51,131 nt of DNA from an uncultured Smithella sp. (lineage in GTDB: Bacteria; Desulfobacterota; Syntrophia; Syntrophales; Smithellaceae), in the NCBI GenBank assembly GCA_964640755.1, contig CAZXIP010000001.1, positions 1-51,131 of the forward strand, written 5' to 3'. The notes beneath the pieces are model-generated. The model was not told the origin of the DNA and did not search any database. It saw only the letters and a list, made by a program, of their open reading frames with translations. The translations under genes and the position numbers were made by a program. Each line of letters starts with the position of its first letter. Position 1 is the first letter of the stretch. This document shows positions 47,445 to 51,131 of this stretch, piece by piece.

Positions 47445-47996
47445 ATGAGAATTTCCGGAGGTGAAGCAAAAGGAAGAGCATTGAAGTTTCCTTCACGATC
47501 AACACAGAGACCGACGACGGATTTTCTGCGGGAAACACTTTTCAATATTCTTGGATCATTGCCAAATCAGCTTTTTCTGGATTTGTACGCAGGTTCCGGA
47601 TCGGTTGGACTGGAGGCGGCTAGCCGTAAAGCAAAAAAAATCGTTTTTGTTGAAAAAAACAGGGACCTGATCGCGACGATCCGGGAGAATGTTTCATTGT
47701 GTGGTTATACGGATCGATGCCTGATTATCCATGCTGATATTCAAAAGGCCTTGAGGGATCTTTATAGACAGAAAAGCGGTTTTGATGTGATTTTTGCAGA
47801 TCCTCCCTATAACAGGGGCTTTATCGGAGAAACACTCCGATTGCTTACGGAATATCCTGTCCTTGGGGGAAACGGTTTCGTTGTGCTGCAGCATTCCATA
47901 AAAGAACAACTGGCCCTTTCAACGGAATGGTTCATAACGGATCAGAGAAAATACGGAGACAATTTATTAACTTTGCTAAGGATGGTCAGTGCATGA
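47445..47996 (+). CDS. rsmD: 16S rRNA (guanine966-N2)-methyltransferase
   Basis: MRISGGEAKGRAL..P....RPT, LDLYAGSGSVGLEA and FADPPYN. The start is at ATG 47445. Confidence 0.88.
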   Translation: MRISGGEAKGRALKFPSRSTQRPTTDFLRETLFNILGSLPNQLFLDLYAGSGSVGLEAASRKAKKIVFVEKNRDLIATIRENVSLCGYTDRCLIIHADIQKALRDLYRQKSGFDVIFADPPYNRGFIGETLRLLTEYPVLGGNGFVVLQHSIKEQLALSTEWFITDQRKYGDNLLTLLRMVSA

Positions 47997-48508
47997 ACAC
48001 AGAAAAATTCGAAAATAAAATTGCGATCTATCCCGGTTCGTTTGATCCGATTACCAACGGTCATGTGGATATCATAAAAAGAGGCAGCAGAATCTTTGAT
48101 GAGATCATTGTTCTTGTCGCTAATAATTTTAGCAAGACGGCCCTGTTTACAGTAGAGGAACGCTGTCAGTTTATCCGGGAAGTTTTTCAGGATTATCCGG
48201 GGATTCGCGTTGACAGTCATGATGGTCTGTTGATTGATTATCTTAAGAGCTCGGGAGCCAGCACTATTTTACGTGGTATGCGCGCTCTTTCCGATTTTGA
48301 ATATGAATTCCAGATGGCGCTTATGAACCGGCGTCAGACAAAAAAAGTTGAAACCGTTTTTCTTATGAGCGGTTTTAGATGGTTTTATACCAGCTCCAAG
48401 CTGATCAAGGAGGTGGCCAGCCTGGGAGGGTCGGTCAGGGGGCTGGTTCCGGAAAATGTTCATCAGAAATTATTAGAAAAATACAACATGAATGCTAACG
48501 GGAGGTAA
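47993..48508 (+). CDS. coaD: Phosphopantetheine adenylyltransferase
   Basis: IAIYPGSFDPITNGHVDII and ILRGMRALSDFEYEFQMA. There is an ATGA overlap with rsmD. Confidence 0.93.
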   Translation: MNTEKFENKIAIYPGSFDPITNGHVDIIKRGSRIFDEIIVLVANNFSKTALFTVEERCQFIREVFQDYPGIRVDSHDGLLIDYLKSSGASTILRGMRALSDFEYEFQMALMNRRQTKKVETVFLMSGFRWFYTSSKLIKEVASLGGSVRGLVPENVHQKLLEKYNMNANGR

Positions 48509-48512
48509 GTTT

Positions 48513-49706
48513 GTGAAACTTGCGGGTAGAGTAGCAAAAGTGAAACCATCAGAGACCCTGGCCATAACGGCAAAGGCCAATGCCCTGAGAGCCGAGGGGA
48601 GAGACGTTATCGGTTTCGGTGCCGGGGAACCGGATTTTGACACACCGGACCACATCAAGAAAGCAGCCATAAAAGCCATAGAGGCCGGTTTTACAAAATA
48701 CACGCCGGTTGGCGGAACGGACGATTTGAAAGAAGCGATCATTCAGAAACTGGCGGTTGATAATCATTTGGAATACAAGCGTTCGCAGATTATCGTTTCC
48801 TGCGGCGCTAAGCACACATTGTACAATCTGGCGCAGGTGCTCATTGAAGAAGGGGATGAGGTGATTATTCCTGCTCCTTACTGGGTTTCGTATCCTGACA
48901 TTGTTGTTTTGGCCGGAGGATCGCCGGTCATCGTCAATACCCTGGAAACAGATGGTTTCAAGTTGCTGCCCCGGCAATTAAAGGCCGCAATAACCGGACG
49001 CACCAAAGCAGTTGTTCTGAACGGTCCGTCCAATCCGACCGGCGCCGGTTATTCGCCGGACGACCTCAAAGCGCTTGCAGCCGTTCTGGCGGATACAGAC
49101 ATTTTCATCATTTCAGACGATATTTATGAAAAAATACTTTATACGGACTATCCGTTTGCGAACATGGCGACTGTTGATGAGCGGCTGAAAGACAGGACCA
49201 TAGTGGTTAATGGTGTTTCCAAGGCCTATGCCATGACCGGCTGGCGTATAGGTTATGCAGCGGGTCCGCAGGAAATTATCGGGGCCATGGGGAAAATTCA
49301 GGGTCAGAGCACATCTAATCCAACATCTATTTCTCAAAAAGCATCCGTGGCGGCTCTCAACGGCGATCAAAGCGTTGTTGATATGATGGTTAGGGAATTC
49401 AAGAAGAGGAGAAATTATATCGTGGGAGCGCTCAATGACATTCCGGGCGTATCCTGTCTGATGCCTGAAGGTGCATTTTATGTGTTTCCCAATGTTTCCG
49501 CTATGTACGGAAGTTCTTTTTCAGGTAGAAAAATAACAAGTTCTACCGAATTTATTGAATATCTGCTCGACGAAGCGAATGTGGCCACGGTGCCGGGAGC
49601 GGCTTTCGGAAATGATCATCATATCCGTTTGTCTTACGCCACTTCAATGAAGAATATTGAGGAAGGCGTCAAGAGAATTAAAAACGCTGTTGCAAAGCTT
49701 GCTTAA
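48513..49706 (+). CDS. Pyridoxal-phosphate-dependent aspartate aminotransferase (class I)
   Basis: GEPDFDTP, NPTG and the PLP-lysine motif SKAYAMTGWRIGY. GTG start at 48513, 7 nt after a GGAGG SD. Confidence 0.88.
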   Translation: MKLAGRVAKVKPSETLAITAKANALRAEGRDVIGFGAGEPDFDTPDHIKKAAIKAIEAGFTKYTPVGGTDDLKEAIIQKLAVDNHLEYKRSQIIVSCGAKHTLYNLAQVLIEEGDEVIIPAPYWVSYPDIVVLAGGSPVIVNTLETDGFKLLPRQLKAAITGRTKAVVLNGPSNPTGAGYSPDDLKALAAVLADTDIFIISDDIYEKILYTDYPFANMATVDERLKDRTIVVNGVSKAYAMTGWRIGYAAGPQEIIGAMGKIQGQSTSNPTSISQKASVAALNGDQSVVDMMVREFKKRRNYIVGALNDIPGVSCLMPEGAFYVFPNVSAMYGSSFSGRKITSSTEFIEYLLDEANVATVPGAAFGNDHHIRLSYATSMKNIEEGVKRIKNAVAKLA

Positions 49707-49730
49707 ACAGCCGTGGAAGGAAGGAAGAAA

Positions 49731-51131
49731 TGGGAGGTCTTTTCGGTGTAATCACACAGGACAGCTGTGTTCAGACGCTATTTTACGGAACGGATTATCA
49801 TTCACATCTTGGAACCGAGCACGGCGGCATGGCAGTGTTTGGTCCTAAAGGATTTTATAACACCATTCACGGTATATCACAGGCGCAGTTCAAGTCGCGG
49901 TTTGTCGATGATTACAGAAAAATGGAAGGGTACGCAGGAGTTGGCGCTATTGATGACGAATCACCGCAGCCGCTGATTTTTCGTTCCAAATTCGGTATTT
50001 ATGCAGTGGTTGCCACGGGTTTGATCACCAACAAGAATGAACTGGTAGGCGAACTGCTCAATGAAGGTGCCTCATTTACGGAGATGGCCGGAGGAGGTGT
50101 CAATAACGCGGAAATTGTCGCTTCCCTGATCAACCGGGGTGACAATATCGTCGAAGGCATCGCTTCCATGCGCGGCATCATTGAAGGATCTATCTGTGTC
50201 CTTGTGCTCACACCAGAGGGTATTTACGCCGCCCGGGACAAGGTTGGGCGTTTTCCACTGGCATTGGGTCAGAGCAAGGATTTAAGCAGAAAGTCCTATG
50301 TTGTTGCCACCGAAGCAAGCTCATTTGAAAATCTTGGTTACGAGTTGCAACGGTTCGTGGGACCCGGGGAAATTGTTCTGCTTTCTTCCGAGGGAATCAG
50401 ACAGCTCAAGCCCGAAGGAAACGAGAAAAAAATCTGTTCCTTTTTGTGGATCTATACGGGATCTCCATCATCCACATACGACGGCATCAGTGTTGAGCGA
50501 ACCCGGGAGCGCTGCGGCAGCTATCTTGCCAAAAGGGACAATGTTGAGGCGGATTTTGTCGCCGGTGTTCCTGATTCCGGCGTCGGTCATGCCATTGGCT
50601 ATGCGATGGAATCCGGCATTCCGTACCGGAGACCCCTCGTGAAGTACACACCTGGTTACGGGCGAAGTTATACACCTCCAACCCAGGAAATCCGCGATCT
50701 GGTTGCCACCATGAAGCTCAGTGCGGTGCGGGAGGTTATCAACGGTAACCGAATGATTATTTGCGACGACTCAATCGTTCGTGGCACACAATTAAAAAAT
50801 CTTACAGTGAAAAAATTGTGGGACAATGGCGCAAAGGAAATTCACATTCGTCCCGCGTGTCCTCCTCTGATGTTTCCCTGCATCTATGCATCGTCGACCA
50901 GGACAACGGCTGAACTTGCCTGCCGTAAAGCGATGCGTGCACTGGAAGGAAGAGATATCGAAGATCCATCGGATTATCTCGATACCGGATCATCAAAACA
51001 TGCAAATATGATTGACTGGATTCGCCGTGATCTAAATGTGACATCTTTGAAGTACATGACCATAGAAGACATGATTGCGGCTATCGGTCTGCCTGAGGGC
51101 CAGTTGTGTCTGCATTGCTGGCTGGGAAAAT
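49731..51131 (+). CDS. Amidophosphoribosyltransferase-like protein (PurF family), 3'-partial, lacking the N-terminal catalytic Cys
   Basis: This open frame is not in the supplied ORF track because it runs off the window end: 467 codons with no stop. My own translation gives MGGLFGVITQ...YGTDYHSHLGTEHGGMAV (Ntn-GATase fold), a PRTase motif MIICDDSIVRGTQ and Fe-S ligand-like Cys residues (CSFLWIY, PACPP..FPC, CLHC). Confidence 0.75.

Noticed and set aside
1-51131. CRISPR arrays, tRNA/rRNA genes, IS elements, integrases, toxin-antitoxin pairs, reverse transcriptases
   Set aside because: I scanned intergenic regions and ORF translations by eye and saw no repeat-spacer periodicity, cloverleaf-like sequence, DDE/tyrosine-recombinase motif or RT motif. 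A tRNAscan/Infernal run would be needed for certainty.

Overview
This 51-kb window looks like core chromosome from an anaerobic Desulfobacterota (Desulfobacterales-like) bacterium. That assignment is an inference from gene content: spd/mitochondrial-type and EF-G-II-type EF-G paralogs, an FTR-like ferredoxin-disulfide reductase pair, a VKOR-thioredoxin fusion and Fe-S proteins. I count about 47 protein-coding genes, tightly packed, with many 1-4 nt start/stop overlaps. Translation genes: two EF-G paralogs, LepA, S1, RimI and RsmD. Nucleotide metabolism genes: Adk, Cmk, PyrK/PyrD and a PurF-like gene. Phospholipid synthesis: Psd/PssA. Cofactor genes: MogA, CoaD and HemW. Also present are IHF-beta and an AddAB-like helicase-nuclease pair. 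Envelope and transport modules are a transglutaminase-like protein with an ABC exporter, a HlyD/RbbA-like/YhhJ-like ABC system and an incomplete mannose-family PTS. Thiol-redox genes are a DUF255 thioredoxin-domain protein, the VKOR-Trx fusion, and a Grx-like gene with an FTR-catalytic-like gene. I found no rRNA, tRNA, CRISPR array, integrase, transposase or prophage signature, and no convincing novel multi-gene system. The items most worth follow-up are: (1) a 46-nt element with a perfect 22-nt hairpin core, present twice at exactly the same distance (21 nt) from two unrelated start codons; (2) an orphan secreted Gly/Thr/Asn-rich protein behind a 500-bp AT-rich region that carries a thrice-repeated 9-mer; (3) a stand-alone sigma-70 region-4 mini-protein with a Cys-rich N-terminus next to the redox pair; (4) a PurF-like gene whose catalytic Cys1 is replaced by Gly; (5) a candidate small RNA or attenuator upstream of one EF-G gene. 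All homology calls rest on motif recognition by eye, since no database search was possible.
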